NCBI GenBank assembly: GCA_963805855.1
Contig: CAWDVW010000005.1
Location: 704,001-768,000, forward strand
Reading direction: 5' to 3'
Length of the DNA: 64,000 nucleotides
From: Candidatus Dadabacteria bacterium
GTDB taxonomy: Bacteria > Desulfobacterota_D > UBA1144 > Nemesobacterales > CSP1-2
Position numbers and translations under genes: made by a program. Of the stretch, positions 42,261-52,099 are shown piece by piece (positions within the stretch are counted from its first letter, which is position 1; each line of letters starts with the position of its first letter). Below the pieces are notes generated by a model that did not search any database, had not been told where the DNA came from, and saw nothing but the letters and a program-made list of their open reading frames with translations.

Positions 42261-42336
42261 TGGCGGGCGATGGGGGATTCGAACCCCCGACCTCTGGCTT
42301 CGGAGGCCAGTACTCTATCCGCTGAGCTAATCGCCC
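42261..42336 (-). tRNA. tRNA-Arg(CCG)
   Basis: 76 nt; GGGCGAU/AUCGCCC acceptor, anticodon arm CUGGC-CUCCGAA-GCCAG, GGUUCGAAUCC, encoded CCA. Confidence 0.97.
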
Positions 42337-43115
42337 GATTTTGAAATCCCAAGCTCCTTCATCACAAGTTGCATATCTTCCCAGAGTGGTTTTTTAAATC
42401 CGGGATTTCTCAATAGCGCTGCGGGATGGTACGTGACCATAAGTCTTGCATGTCCATAAGTATGAAAATTCCCTCGCAGCTCACCGAGCTTTGCCTTAGT
42501 ATTTAAAACCGATTGAGCGGCAACGCTCCCAAGACATACAACCACCGCCGGATTAATGGCCCTCAGCTGCTTGAATAAAAACTGCCGGCAAGTCGCGATC
42601 TCATCTTGCTCCGGAGTTCTGTTACCAGGCGGGCGGCATTTTACTACATTACATATATAAACATCGGAACGCTTAAGTCCCATAGCAGTGATTATTTTCG
42701 TAAGTAGCTGTCCCGCCCTACCAACAAAGGGCTGTCCCTGAATATCTTCGTCCCTCCCCGGACCCTCGCCAACAAATACCAGCCGTGCCTTCGGATTCCC
42801 TTCTCCAAACACAATATTTGTTCTACCCTCATTAAGTTTACACCTGGTGCAATCTCCGATCTCTTCCTTGATCTCTTCAAGGGTTTGCTTCTTGGAAGCA
42901 GAATCAAAAATATTCAACTGGGGACTTGCGTCAATCGTCGTCTTCACGGGTTGTTTTGTTCTCATTTCATCTTCTTTAATTGCTGCGTTTTTCACATCTA
43001 CCTTTTTTGTCTTCGGGACTAAATACTCGAGACCCAGAGCCCTTTGGTATTCTACATATTTTCTGAGGTCCTCCAGTATCTGTGTTAACTCTGTTACCGA
43101 ACCGATTTGATTCAT
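42327..43115 (-). CDS. uracil-DNA glycosylase family 4 (Fe-S)
   Basis: CTRC, GEGPG, NVVKCRPP.NR, YHPAALLR. Confidence 0.93.
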   Translation of the reverse strand: MNQIGSVTELTQILEDLRKYVEYQRALGLEYLVPKTKKVDVKNAAIKEDEMRTKQPVKTTIDASPQLNIFDSASKKQTLEEIKEEIGDCTRCKLNEGRTNIVFGEGNPKARLVFVGEGPGRDEDIQGQPFVGRAGQLLTKIITAMGLKRSDVYICNVVKCRPPGNRTPEQDEIATCRQFLFKQLRAINPAVVVCLGSVAAQSVLNTKAKLGELRGNFHTYGHARLMVTYHPAALLRNPGFKKPLWEDMQLVMKELGISKSGD

Positions 43116-43173
43116 AATATTCGCTTAATTAAAATATAGCATACCGCTGGAATGTTCAATAAAATTATAAAAA

Positions 43174-43299
43174 TGTCACTTGCGATCGCCTTAAAGAGTG
43201 AACGTTCCGGAATTTGCAAAAATCATAAACAACGGATAACTTCCATACCCTACTCCATAGGTTCGGCCAAACATTGCTTCGCTAGTGCTCACAATGACA
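43174..43299. repeat. degenerate TGTCA..TGACA-bounded palindromic element
   Basis: TGTCACTTGCGA .. ATTGCTTCGCT .. CTCACAATGACA. Confidence 0.45.
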
Positions 43300-43327
43300 C
43301 CAAATTTTTAGTGACCCATTTTCAATC

Positions 43328-45838
43328 ATGAAGAAAAACTACCATCCTCAAAAAATAGAAGAAAAGTGGCAGAACCTTTGGGAAGCTAAGAAATTATATG
43401 AAGTATCAGAAGATCCGCAAAGAGAGAAGTCCTACGTACTGGAAATGTTCCCCTACCCTTCTGGCAGAATCCACATGGGACACGTCAGGAACTACACAAT
43501 TGGAGATGTAATAGCACGATATAATAGATCCAAAGGGTTCAATGTTTTGCATCCCATCGGATGGGATGCATTCGGCCTACCAGCCGAAAACGCAGCGATA
43601 CAGCATGGGGTACATCCGGCTAAATGGACATCCGATAACATAGAGCAGATGAGAGGCCAGCTCAAAAGACTTGGCTTCAGCTATGACTGGAAAAGGGAAT
43701 TCGCCACATGTGAGCCGTCCTATTACAAGTGGGAGCAGATGGTTTTTACGAGGATGCTTAAACGTGGGCTGGCATATAAAAAGAAATCGCTAGTAAACTG
43801 GTGTCCATCATGTGAGACCGTCCTCGCGAACGAGCAGGTGGAGGACGGAATCTGCTGGAGATGTAAATCTCAGGTCCAGTCAAAAGAGATGGATGGCTGG
43901 TTTTTTAAAACGACTGATTATGCAGAAGAACTCCTTGCGTCGGGTGAAAATCTAAAAGATGGTTGGCCGGATAAGGTCATTGCCATGCAGAGGAACTGGA
44001 TCGGAAAAAGCGTCGGCGTGGAAGTAGATTTCCCACTCGAAGAACCAATCGACGATGAGAGATTTTTAAGGATTTTCACGACCCGTCCCGACACACTGTT
44101 CGGGGTTACCTTCATGAGTATTGCCCCGGAGCATTCGTTATCCGAAAAATTAGCCAGAGGAAAACCAAACGAAAAACAAGCCCTTGAGTTCATAAAAAGG
44201 ACTGTGAAGCAGACAAGCCTCGAAAGGATTTCAGAGGGTGCTAAAAAAGAAGGGATCTTTACCGGCACATACTGCATGAACCCCCTGACAGGGGAACGTA
44301 TTCCAATTTTTATAGCAAATTTTGTTCTCATTGAATACGGAACCGGAATAATTATGTGCGTACCCGCCCACGACCAGAGGGATTTTGAATTTGCTAAAGA
44401 ATACAGTTTACCAATAAAGGTGGTTATCAGGCCAGAGGATAAAGTAGGGGCAATTCATGAATTGCCCTTACAGACGAAAGAGAAATTGGAAAGAGCATAC
44501 GAAGATCCCGGAGTCATGGTTAACTCAGGCGAATTCTCCGGACTGCCGTCGGAGAGGGGAAAAGAGGAAATTATAAGACATATAGAAAATAAAGGAATTG
44601 GCAGAAAACAAGTCAATTACAAACTAAAGGATTGGGGCATTTCACGTCAGAGATACTGGGGAGCTCCGATTCCCGTTGTTTATTGCGGCTCATGCGGGGC
44701 TGTTCCTGTTCCCGATGAAGAGCTTCCCGTAGAACTACCTCTTGATATAGAATTCACAGGAAAGGGCGGTTCTCCGCTCGCGAAACTAGATAGTTTTGTC
44801 AACACAAGATGTCCCAAGTGCGGAAAAGACGCCAAGCGAGAGACGGATACCATGGACACCTTTGTCGAATCCTCATGGTATTTTCTGAGGTATGCTTCCC
44901 CGGACTTTGACCAAGGAATGTTCGATGGAGAAAAGGTCGCCTACTGGCTTCCCGTTGATCGGTATATAGGTGGCATTGAACACGCAATCCTGCACCTTTT
45001 ATACGCAAGGTTCTTCACAAAGGTCTTGAGAGACATGGGAATGTGCAATTTGGATGAACCATTCTCTCATCTCCTTACTCAAGGAATGGTTTTAAAAGAT
45101 GGGGCCAAAATGTCGAAGTCTTTTGGCAATATAGTCGACCCGGATGACATGATCGAAAAATTTGGAGCCGATACTGTCCGGGTTTTCATGCTTTTTGCAT
45201 CGCCAGTTCAAAGGGACCTCGACTGGAGCGACGAGGGGATCGAGGGGGCATATCGATTTTTAAACCGCTTGTGGAATCTCGTTCAAACTGCGCTTCCTGA
45301 AGCAAGGGGAATTAGAGACAAGGAACCGGATTTAGATAAAATCACCAAATCCGCAAGGGAATTACATCTCAAGGTTCATAAGACAATTAAAAAAGTAACG
45401 GAAGATTTGGAGAGATTTCAATTTAACACAGCTATTGCCGCGATAATGGAACTATTAAATGCTACTTCTAGATTTAATTCCGAAGAAAAAGATGACCTGC
45501 CCGTTCTAGCGGAATCGGTTGAATCTCTTGTCAGGCTTCTATACCCCATGGCTCCTCACATTGCGGAAGAGCTATGGGAACTAATCGGCTACGAAGAGAC
45601 ACTCGTCGTAAAACCATGGTTGCAATGGAATAAACAACTCGTCGAAGGTGCGTCTATCACGATCGTAATTCAGGTAAATGGGAAAGTAAGAAGCCAGGTC
45701 TTGATGGATTCAGATTCAACACAGGAAGAAATCGAACAAGCCGCCTTATCAGATGAAAAGGTGAGAAACTACATCGCTGGAAGGGAAATCAAGAAGGTTA
45801 TTGTGGTGCCCAAAAAACTTGTTAATGTGGTCATCTAA
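43328..45838 (+). CDS. leuS: leucine--tRNA ligase
   Basis: MFPYPSG, HMGH, FTTRPDT editing motif, [13 protein letters not shown]. Confidence 0.98.
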   Translation: MKKNYHPQKIEEKWQNLWEAKKLYEVSEDPQREKSYVLEMFPYPSGRIHMGHVRNYTIGDVIARYNRSKGFNVLHPIGWDAFGLPAENAAIQHGVHPAKWTSDNIEQMRGQLKRLGFSYDWKREFATCEPSYYKWEQMVFTRMLKRGLAYKKKSLVNWCPSCETVLANEQVEDGICWRCKSQVQSKEMDGWFFKTTDYAEELLASGENLKDGWPDKVIAMQRNWIGKSVGVEVDFPLEEPIDDERFLRIFTTRPDTLFGVTFMSIAPEHSLSEKLARGKPNEKQALEFIKRTVKQTSLERISEGAKKEGIFTGTYCMNPLTGERIPIFIANFVLIEYGTGIIMCVPAHDQRDFEFAKEYSLPIKVVIRPEDKVGAIHELPLQTKEKLERAYEDPGVMVNSGEFSGLPSERGKEEIIRHIENKGIGRKQVNYKLKDWGISRQRYWGAPIPVVYCGSCGAVPVPDEELPVELPLDIEFTGKGGSPLAKLDSFVNTRCPKCGKDAKRETDTMDTFVESSWYFLRYASPDFDQGMFDGEKVAYWLPVDRYIGGIEHAILHLLYARFFTKVLRDMGMCNLDEPFSHLLTQGMVLKDGAKMSKSFGNIVDPDDMIEKFGADTVRVFMLFASPVQRDLDWSDEGIEGAYRFLNRLWNLVQTALPEARGIRDKEPDLDKITKSARELHLKVHKTIKKVTEDLERFQFNTAIAAIMELLNATSRFNSEEKDDLPVLAESVESLVRLLYPMAPHIAEELWELIGYEETLVVKPWLQWNKQLVEGASITIVIQVNGKVRSQVLMDSDSTQEEIEQAALSDEKVRNYIAGREIKKVIVVPKKLVNVVI
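44444..44471. repeat. GTAG-type REP palindrome inside leuS coding sequence
   Basis: GTAGGGGCAATTCA|TGAATTGCCCTTAC, 14-bp arms with one mismatch, in frame as VGAIHELPL(Q). Confidence 0.85.
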
Positions 45839-46030
45839 CCATATCATTCAATAAAAAAGAAATTATTACCTTTGTTGACCTTTGATTTCTTTATGGTATT
45901 TTGAATCAGTCTGGAAGCGCATATTAGAGATCGATAGAACTAATTCACTTAAAGCAGATATTTAACGAAGTAGCGTTTTAATTTCCCTATAAAATAACTA
46001 CTCCACTCCAACTCGAATGGAGGCTTAACG

Positions 46031-47131
46031 TTGTTTAAAGAAAATAAATTACCAAAAGATAATAAACTTTTCACAAGAAAAGTTAAAGCCATAGAAGTAA
46101 AAAGCAAGAAGACAATTTCTCAATTGCTTTCGGAGATGTCCCAGACCGGTTTTCAGGGCAGGAACCTGGCTAATGTAGTGGAAGTAATGGAAGAAATGTT
46201 AATGGATCGCGACACAACTATTCTATTTGGTTATGCTGGTTCTTTATCCACAACGGGCCAGTGGAAAATAATCAATTGGCTGATAGAGAACAATTACATT
46301 GATATACTCGTTCCAACTGGGGCAAACATCTCAGAAGACATAATTGACGCCATGGGATTGGGCTATTGGCAAGGAACCCATTTAGCAGATAATGAGGAAC
46401 TGTTCAGGGAAGGCTTCAATAGGTACTACGACGTATACGGCGATGAATCTGATTATCTGAAGATGACAGAGCTAATCGCGGAATTTATCCTAACCGTCGA
46501 TGAAAACTATAAATATTCTTCGAGGGAGTTTTTAAACCTTTTTGGGAAATGGCTGGGAGAAAAAGGCATCAGGAGTATTGTAACCCTAGCTGCTGAAAAC
46601 GGAGTCCCAATTTTTTGCCCAGCCATAGCCGACAGCCCTTATGGTGATGCGGCGCTTATAGCCAAGAGCAAGGGTTTCACTTTGACGATCGACGCAGTAA
46701 AAGATTATATAGAATTCATGAGCTTGGGGGGGCATGTAAAAGATACCGGAGTAATCTATATCGGCGGTGGAGTACCAAAGGATTTCATTCAACTTTTTGC
46801 TGTGACCAGCGATCTTCTCTACGAGGATAGAAAAATACCGAACAGAGACCACGGATTTAACAGGAAAAAAACGGGAAAAGCCGAGACATATTACCCACAC
46901 AAATATGCCATACAGATTACGACCGATTCACCTCAATGGGGCGGTTTATCGGGATGCACGTTTGAAGAGGCGGTCTCCTGGGGTAAGGAATTACCGGATG
47001 GAGGATTGGTTCAATGCTATTGTGATGCTACAATAGCTCTTCCTATAGTGACTCACGCACTCGCAGAAAGGGTTAAGCATAAGAGAAGAAAGAGAAATTT
47101 CACTAAATTACTAAACAATAAAAAACCCTGA
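46031..47131 (+). CDS. deoxyhypusine synthase-like protein
   Basis: GFQG, TGAN..ED, PIFCPAIADS, GGGVPKDF, GGLSGCT.EEA.SWGK, CDATIALP; TTG start after GGAGG. Confidence 0.9.
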   Translation: MFKENKLPKDNKLFTRKVKAIEVKSKKTISQLLSEMSQTGFQGRNLANVVEVMEEMLMDRDTTILFGYAGSLSTTGQWKIINWLIENNYIDILVPTGANISEDIIDAMGLGYWQGTHLADNEELFREGFNRYYDVYGDESDYLKMTELIAEFILTVDENYKYSSREFLNLFGKWLGEKGIRSIVTLAAENGVPIFCPAIADSPYGDAALIAKSKGFTLTIDAVKDYIEFMSLGGHVKDTGVIYIGGGVPKDFIQLFAVTSDLLYEDRKIPNRDHGFNRKKTGKAETYYPHKYAIQITTDSPQWGGLSGCTFEEAVSWGKELPDGGLVQCYCDATIALPIVTHALAERVKHKRRKRNFTKLLNNKKP

Positions 47132-47190
47132 CGCCTCCTGGTCCAAAGCTGGCCTTCATGTCTTGCTTCTTGTCCTATTTTATCTAGTTA

Positions 47191-47820
47191 TTATGTTTGA
47201 AAAAAAGCGCTGAGCTGTCGCGAAACCTTCTCGGGATCGGACGAACCAAAAACACTAGTTATAACCGCAATTCCGTCTACGCCTGTTTCTAGAACCGAGG
47301 CTACATTTTGAGGTGTTATTCCTCCGATCGCAAAAATCGGGATTTTGGGGATAACCCTCTTTGCCTCCCTCAATATTTGAAATGAAGTAGGCTGCCTGCC
47401 CGGCTTGGTCGGGGTTAAGAACGGTGTTCCGAAGGCCAAATAATCTGCACCTTCTCTATGAGCATCTATCCCCCTTTCTATACTGCTATAGCATGAAACC
47501 CCAATAATCGCCCTGTCCCCAAGTACGCTCCTGGCTTCGGCGATGGAGGCGTCATTCTGGCCGAGATGAACCCCCTCTGCACCAATATCTCTTGCAATCT
47601 CAAGATAATCATTGATTATCAACGGCACATTATATCTCCTCGTGAGCTTAATCAGCTCTTCAGCAAGCCTCAGAATCTCTTCGCTTGATGATTCTTTTTC
47701 CCTGAGTTGAACTACCTTGGCACCCCCCGTTATTGCCTTTTCGACAGTCTCAACGAGTCTTTTCCTCGGGATAAGCTTTTCGTCGGTAATGACATATAGG
47801 CCTCTAATTTGATATTTCAT
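47191..47820 (-). CDS. thiE: thiamine-phosphate synthase
   Basis: LYVITD, VQLREK, IIND, GVHLGQ.D, T.TKP, AIGGI. Confidence 0.93.
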   Translation of the reverse strand: MKYQIRGLYVITDEKLIPRKRLVETVEKAITGGAKVVQLREKESSSEEILRLAEELIKLTRRYNVPLIINDYLEIARDIGAEGVHLGQNDASIAEARSVLGDRAIIGVSCYSSIERGIDAHREGADYLAFGTPFLTPTKPGRQPTSFQILREAKRVIPKIPIFAIGGITPQNVASVLETGVDGIAVITSVFGSSDPEKVSRQLSAFFQT

Positions 47821-47969
47821 CTAACAATTCAATCATAACCAATTCAGTTAATTTCAACAATAAACTAAGAAAGTACTTGAAATATTTTTCCAGATAATTT
47901 AGAATGAGCTTTAAGATTTGCGTGTAATTCATTTAAGTAACGACTCTATCTTAAAGGAGGTAGTTTCGA

Positions 47970-48854
47970 ATGAGATGGTATGACTGGAAAACTATTTTAA
48001 TGAGCTTGGCTCTTTTTCCCCTGATTATCCTCGCTGTTTTTTTCAGTTCAACAAAAGAAGTTAATGCCGCGGGAGCACAAATACCCTACTCCTTCTTCCT
48101 TGAACATCCCTATTCTATTACTGGCCTCCGAGCGAATATTGAGTTTATAGATACAGATGACGACGGGTGGCTGATAATGAACTCATATAGAGGGGATATT
48201 AACATTTACCAGAATCTTTTTGGAGTCTACGCAAAGTTCCCATTTGCAGGCGTAACAGATTTTGGACCAGATAATGAGAGTGATTATGACTTCGGTAACT
48301 TAAGTATTGGCACAAAATTTGTCGTACTCAACCTGGATAATGCCGTTCTCACGACCGGTTTCGAGGTGTTTTTCCCCACCGCAAAAAATGGCCTCGGGGC
48401 ACTTGGTGCTCAGCAATATTTCAGAGATGTTGCGGCATTTGCAGACGATGCTTGGACTTTTAAACCATATGCGGCATTTGGTGTAAGTCAGGGAATCTTC
48501 GCATTCCAGGCAAATCTCGATTTTGACATCCTTACAAATGCGGAAAAACTCAATACCGTATTCGATACTGGAGGAGATAGCACTCAGCTGATAATTAAAT
48601 ACGGAGCCGCCGGAAGCATTACGCCGGAGCTGCCACTTCCATTCTCTACCAGCTTTCTTTTAGAGTTGCTGCTCGCTTCTTCCACAACATTTGACGACAA
48701 CATAACCGGAGCCTACCTAACCCCTGGCTTAAGGTTCGGAGGACAGATAGTAAGTGTCGGCGCGGGTGTAGAAATTCCGTTTGGAAGTAATGAGGTAACC
48801 GATTTTGCCAATGTTGGTTTCGTACTCGACCTGGTAATCAGATTCGGTTCATAG
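47970..48854 (+). CDS. exported protein, probable outer-membrane beta-barrel
   Basis: strong SD, signal peptide, alternating aromatic/hydrophobic strands, Phe near the C-terminus. Confidence 0.6.
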   Translation: MRWYDWKTILMSLALFPLIILAVFFSSTKEVNAAGAQIPYSFFLEHPYSITGLRANIEFIDTDDDGWLIMNSYRGDINIYQNLFGVYAKFPFAGVTDFGPDNESDYDFGNLSIGTKFVVLNLDNAVLTTGFEVFFPTAKNGLGALGAQQYFRDVAAFADDAWTFKPYAAFGVSQGIFAFQANLDFDILTNAEKLNTVFDTGGDSTQLIIKYGAAGSITPELPLPFSTSFLLELLLASSTTFDDNITGAYLTPGLRFGGQIVSVGAGVEIPFGSNEVTDFANVGFVLDLVIRFGS

Positions 48855-48919
48855 TCAATCTCTTTCATAAACGACTTTCTTCTTCGAGAATTAATGCAAA
48901 TAAGAGTAGCCTACCAGTC

Positions 48920-49056
48920 CCTGTCCTGAGTCCTGAGTTTATCGAAGAATCGAAGGGTTCCCTCCGGAGGGTTACTGTGTTCTTTGTGGCGACCTGAAGG
49001 TCGCCGCTACAACAATCATATCCCTCTTCAAATGTAGCGGAGGACTTTAGTCCTCC
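48920..49056. repeat. REP-like cluster between convergent genes
   Basis: GGCGACCTGAAGGTCGCCGCTAC and GTAGCGGAGGACTTTAGTCCTCC; CCTGAG..TCGAAG. Confidence 0.75.
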
Positions 49057-49305
49057 ATTTTTACGGTGCGTTGACAGCGTATATTTCTCATCCCGAACGT
49101 CGCTATCGGATATCCATTTGAAACGAAAGACTTGCGCTACAGGGGTCATTTTGCCACGAGGAAGACCGCTCTGAGTTAACCGAAGGGCAAATTTCGCAAA
49201 GAGGTTGGACGACAGGGCTGTGTGTGTCAATGACAGTAGAAGTCCGATGGCTTGCTACTGGGATTTCACTGGTTAAGAAATACACGAGCTAATATTCCGC
49301 TCAAA

Positions 49306-50643
49306 TTACTGAATGTTTATATTCTTAAAAATTGCTTCCTCTATCGCCCGATAATTATTAGGAAGCTCGACAGGCCGGTTCGCATATTTCGAGACGATTC
49401 CTTCAATTTCGCCCCTATGATAGCCAATCTTAAATTCGACGAATTTAAGCCCATGTGCGGTAGAAATTAACACAATTCTATCATCGGGTTTAAATATCTT
49501 CCGCCTAAGAAGCTTTAGAAAAACTGCAATGGCAACACCTGTATGGGGACAGTTGAAAGTTCCCGTCCGATCAACAAGTGCTGCCGCGTCTGATAGCTCC
49601 GTCTCACTTGCCTGCTCAACAATCCCGTCGAAGGCCTTAAGGGTTTTGATTGCCTTGTTCACACTCACGGGATTCCCAATTTGTATTGCGCTTGCGAGGG
49701 TTTTCTTTGCTTTAACAGAATGGAATTCTTTGAATCCTTTCAGGTAGCTTAAATACAGGGGGTTAGCATTCTCAGCCTGCGCGCAAACCAAACGGGGTAG
49801 TCTTTTAATTAGTCCAAGTTCATACATAATCAGAAAGCCCTTGCCCAGTGCAGATATATTACCGAGATTTCCCCCCGGAATGATCACCCAGTCAGGGACC
49901 TCCCAGTCAAACTGCTGGCAGAGCTCAATACTCACCGTTTTCTGCCCCTCGATGCGCAGCGAGTTCATAGAGTTAGCAAGATAGATGTTATGGTCATCAC
50001 AGATTCTTTGGACCATTTCCATGCAACCGTCAAAATCTGTATCAATCGAAAGAACCAAGGCCCCATTGGCCAGCGGTTGGACAAGCTGAGCAATGGAAAC
50101 CTTATCCTTGGGAAGAAAGACTACTGCCGGTATTCCAGCCGCAGCGCAATACGCGGCAAGGGCCGCTGATGTATCTCCGGTTGATGCACAGGCAGCAGCG
50201 GGGATCTCCTTACCGTCCGCAATCATTTGATTAACAACGGATACCAAAACCGTCATCCCCAAATCTTTGAATGAACCGGTGTGACTGTTACCGCACATCT
50301 TAATCCAGAGGTCTTCAACTTTTACCTGCTTTCCAAATCTGTCAGCCCAGAAAAGGTTGGTAGCACCCTCATACATTGAAACAGTATTGTCCTCCTCCAC
50401 GTAGGGACAAACCCACTCTTTTTTACCCCACACAGAGCTTCCGTAGGGCCACATTTGTCTTCTATACCGGTCATCAAACAGGTCTTTCCACTGTTGGGGA
50501 GTCTGTCTGCGAAGTGAGTCCATGTCGTGCACTACTTCAAGTAAGTTCGAGCACCTCGCGCAGCGATAAATTATTTGATCTAGTTGATATTTTTCTTCAC
50601 AGGCCTCATTGATGCATTGAAACCAAGCTTTATATTCGCTCAT
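49306..50643 (-). CDS. thrC: threonine synthase (PLP fold type II)
   Basis: TGSFKDLGM, ASTGDTSAA, NSMNSLRIEGQKT, PGGNLGN, STAHGLKF. Confidence 0.93.
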   Translation of the reverse strand: MSEYKAWFQCINEACEEKYQLDQIIYRCARCSNLLEVVHDMDSLRRQTPQQWKDLFDDRYRRQMWPYGSSVWGKKEWVCPYVEEDNTVSMYEGATNLFWADRFGKQVKVEDLWIKMCGNSHTGSFKDLGMTVLVSVVNQMIADGKEIPAAACASTGDTSAALAAYCAAAGIPAVVFLPKDKVSIAQLVQPLANGALVLSIDTDFDGCMEMVQRICDDHNIYLANSMNSLRIEGQKTVSIELCQQFDWEVPDWVIIPGGNLGNISALGKGFLIMYELGLIKRLPRLVCAQAENANPLYLSYLKGFKEFHSVKAKKTLASAIQIGNPVSVNKAIKTLKAFDGIVEQASETELSDAAALVDRTGTFNCPHTGVAIAVFLKLLRRKIFKPDDRIVLISTAHGLKFVEFKIGYHRGEIEGIVSKYANRPVELPNNYRAIEEAIFKNINIQ

Positions 50644-50653
50644 ATCTTAAAAC

Positions 50654-50682
50654 AAAATACATTTCAGTATAGTAGGTGTCAA
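50654..50682 (-). promoter_or_regulatory. sigma70 promoter, near-leaderless thrC
   Basis: TTGACA-N17-TATTTT, 10 nt before ATG; no SD. Confidence 0.55.
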
Positions 50683-50842
50683 CGCTGTTCGAAACAACGG
50701 CACTTTGCGGTCAAGCTCTAACGATTATTTGTCTACTGGAATCAGGGTATTTAAAAATCCAAAAAATTCTCCAAAATAAGATCGTCTGATAATCGGTTTC
50801 TTGAAAACATCTATAAACATGGCGTAATCCCATTCATTTTTG

Positions 50843-50871
50843 TTGACACTAATCATCCGTTTTGGTAACCT
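50843..50871 (+). promoter_or_regulatory. sigma70 promoter of the acyP operon
   Basis: TTGACA-N17-TAACCT with TG extension, 11 nt before ATG. Confidence 0.6.
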
Positions 50872-50882
50872 GAGATTGGAGG

Positions 50883-51161
50883 ATGAGTAAAGAAAGGGTC
50901 ACTATCATAGTGCAGGGGAGAGTTCAGGGTGTATTCTATAGAGCAAGGGCTAAAGAAAAAGCAATAGAGCTTGAGCTTAATGGATGGGTAAAGAACAGGA
51001 TGGACGGTACTGTTGAAATCGTAGCGGAAGGTAACAAAGAAGACCTGGAAAGATTGGTGGATTGGAGCAAGTATGGACCTAAGCATGCACATGTGACAAA
51101 AATCGAAGTGAAATGGCAGCCATTTGTGGGTGAATTCAGTGATTTCGCGGTAAAATATTAA
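50883..51161 (+). CDS. acyP: acylphosphatase
   Basis: GRVQGVFYR, GWVKN..DG.VE, GP..A.V. Confidence 0.95.
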   Translation: MSKERVTIIVQGRVQGVFYRARAKEKAIELELNGWVKNRMDGTVEIVAEGNKEDLERLVDWSKYGPKHAHVTKIEVKWQPFVGEFSDFAVKY

Positions 51162-51174
51162 CACAGCAAAAGCG

Positions 51175-51828
51175 ATGAATGATATAGTAATTAAGTGCAT
51201 ACCAGGTGGGAGCTTCCTGACAAACAGCTACATAATAGGTGATGGGGAAACTCTTGATGCTATCCTTATCGATCCAGGAAGCCAAGTGAAAGAAATTCTA
51301 GATGAAATAGATAATTCCGGACTCATTGTCAAAAGGATAATAAACACTCACGCACATATTGATCATGCTGCAGGTGTTGAAGAAGCGAAGCAACAACTAG
51401 AAGCTGAATTTTACCTGCACCCCGAAGAAGAACCGGTACTTAACGCACTGCCCGAGTCAGCCCTGCGGTTTCCAGAATTTTCCGGTGTTAAGGTACCCGA
51501 GATCGACAAATTTATTGAAGAGGGGGATGAAATTCAGATCGGTAATTACACGGCTAAAGTAATACACACACCGGGTCATACATTTGGGAGCATTTGCCTT
51601 TTGATCGATGAACATGTAATTTCCGGTGATACACTTTTTGCAGGAAGTGTCGGAAGAGTAGACCTGACAGGTGGAACATCCATGCGCGAATTAGTTCGTT
51701 CGATAAAAACCAAACTGATGACGCTCCCAGACTCCTATAATGTTTATCCGGGGCATGGACCTTATACAACAATAGGGATTGAGAGGAAATCAAACCCATT
51801 CATATCGGGAGGTGTGATTCTTCTCTAA
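51175..51828 (+). CDS. MBL-fold hydrolase (glyoxalase II-like, YcbL type)
   Basis: THAHIDH, TPGHT.G, SGDTLF..SVGR.D, PGHG. Confidence 0.9.
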   Translation: MNDIVIKCIPGGSFLTNSYIIGDGETLDAILIDPGSQVKEILDEIDNSGLIVKRIINTHAHIDHAAGVEEAKQQLEAEFYLHPEEEPVLNALPESALRFPEFSGVKVPEIDKFIEEGDEIQIGNYTAKVIHTPGHTFGSICLLIDEHVISGDTLFAGSVGRVDLTGGTSMRELVRSIKTKLMTLPDSYNVYPGHGPYTTIGIERKSNPFISGGVILL

Positions 51829-51829
51829 A

Positions 51830-52099
51830 ATGAAAAAATTCATAATAAAGACTGTTTTTATTCTGGTATGCATTTCACTCGCTAGTTACATCTTCACAAA
51901 AGAAATTACCAAGGTGTATTCACTGTACAGAGAAAATGATGAGATAAAGAGAAGAATAGTAAAACTGAAAAAGGAAAACGAGAAGTTGCAAAAACAAATT
52001 ACAGTCCTAAATACTGAAATTCCTATTATAGAAAAAATCGCGAGAGAAGAATTGGGAATGATTAAAAACAGTGAGAAGATTTATAAATTCCAAGAATAA
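51830..52099 (+). CDS. septum formation initiator, FtsB/DivIC family
   Basis: N-terminal TM, coiled coil, IEKIAREELGM..E..Y. Confidence 0.85.
   Translation: MKKFIIKTVFILVCISLASYIFTKEITKVYSLYRENDEIKRRIVKLKKENEKLQKQITVLNTEIPIIEKIAREELGMIKNSEKIYKFQE

Noticed and set aside
36000-42261. Genomic island integrated at the tRNA-Arg 3' end
   Set aside because: No integrase and no duplicated tRNA 3' fragment seen in the window
47821-47969. TPP riboswitch upstream of thiE
   Set aside because: No CUGAGA or matching aptamer core; the region is short and AT-rich
16643-49056. CRISPR array from recurring hairpin repeats
   Set aside because: Repeats are dispersed, diverged and often inverted, not regularly spaced direct repeats; no cas genes
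48865-49230. 121-aa minus-strand ORF downstream of thrC
   Set aside because: TTG start without SD and it runs through several REP elements; likely spurious
49183-49250. c-di-GMP-I (GEMM) riboswitch suggested by GGGCAAA..GCAA..GGACG
   Set aside because: Lacks the GCAAAG junction and P2 receptor pattern, and no downstream gene on that strand
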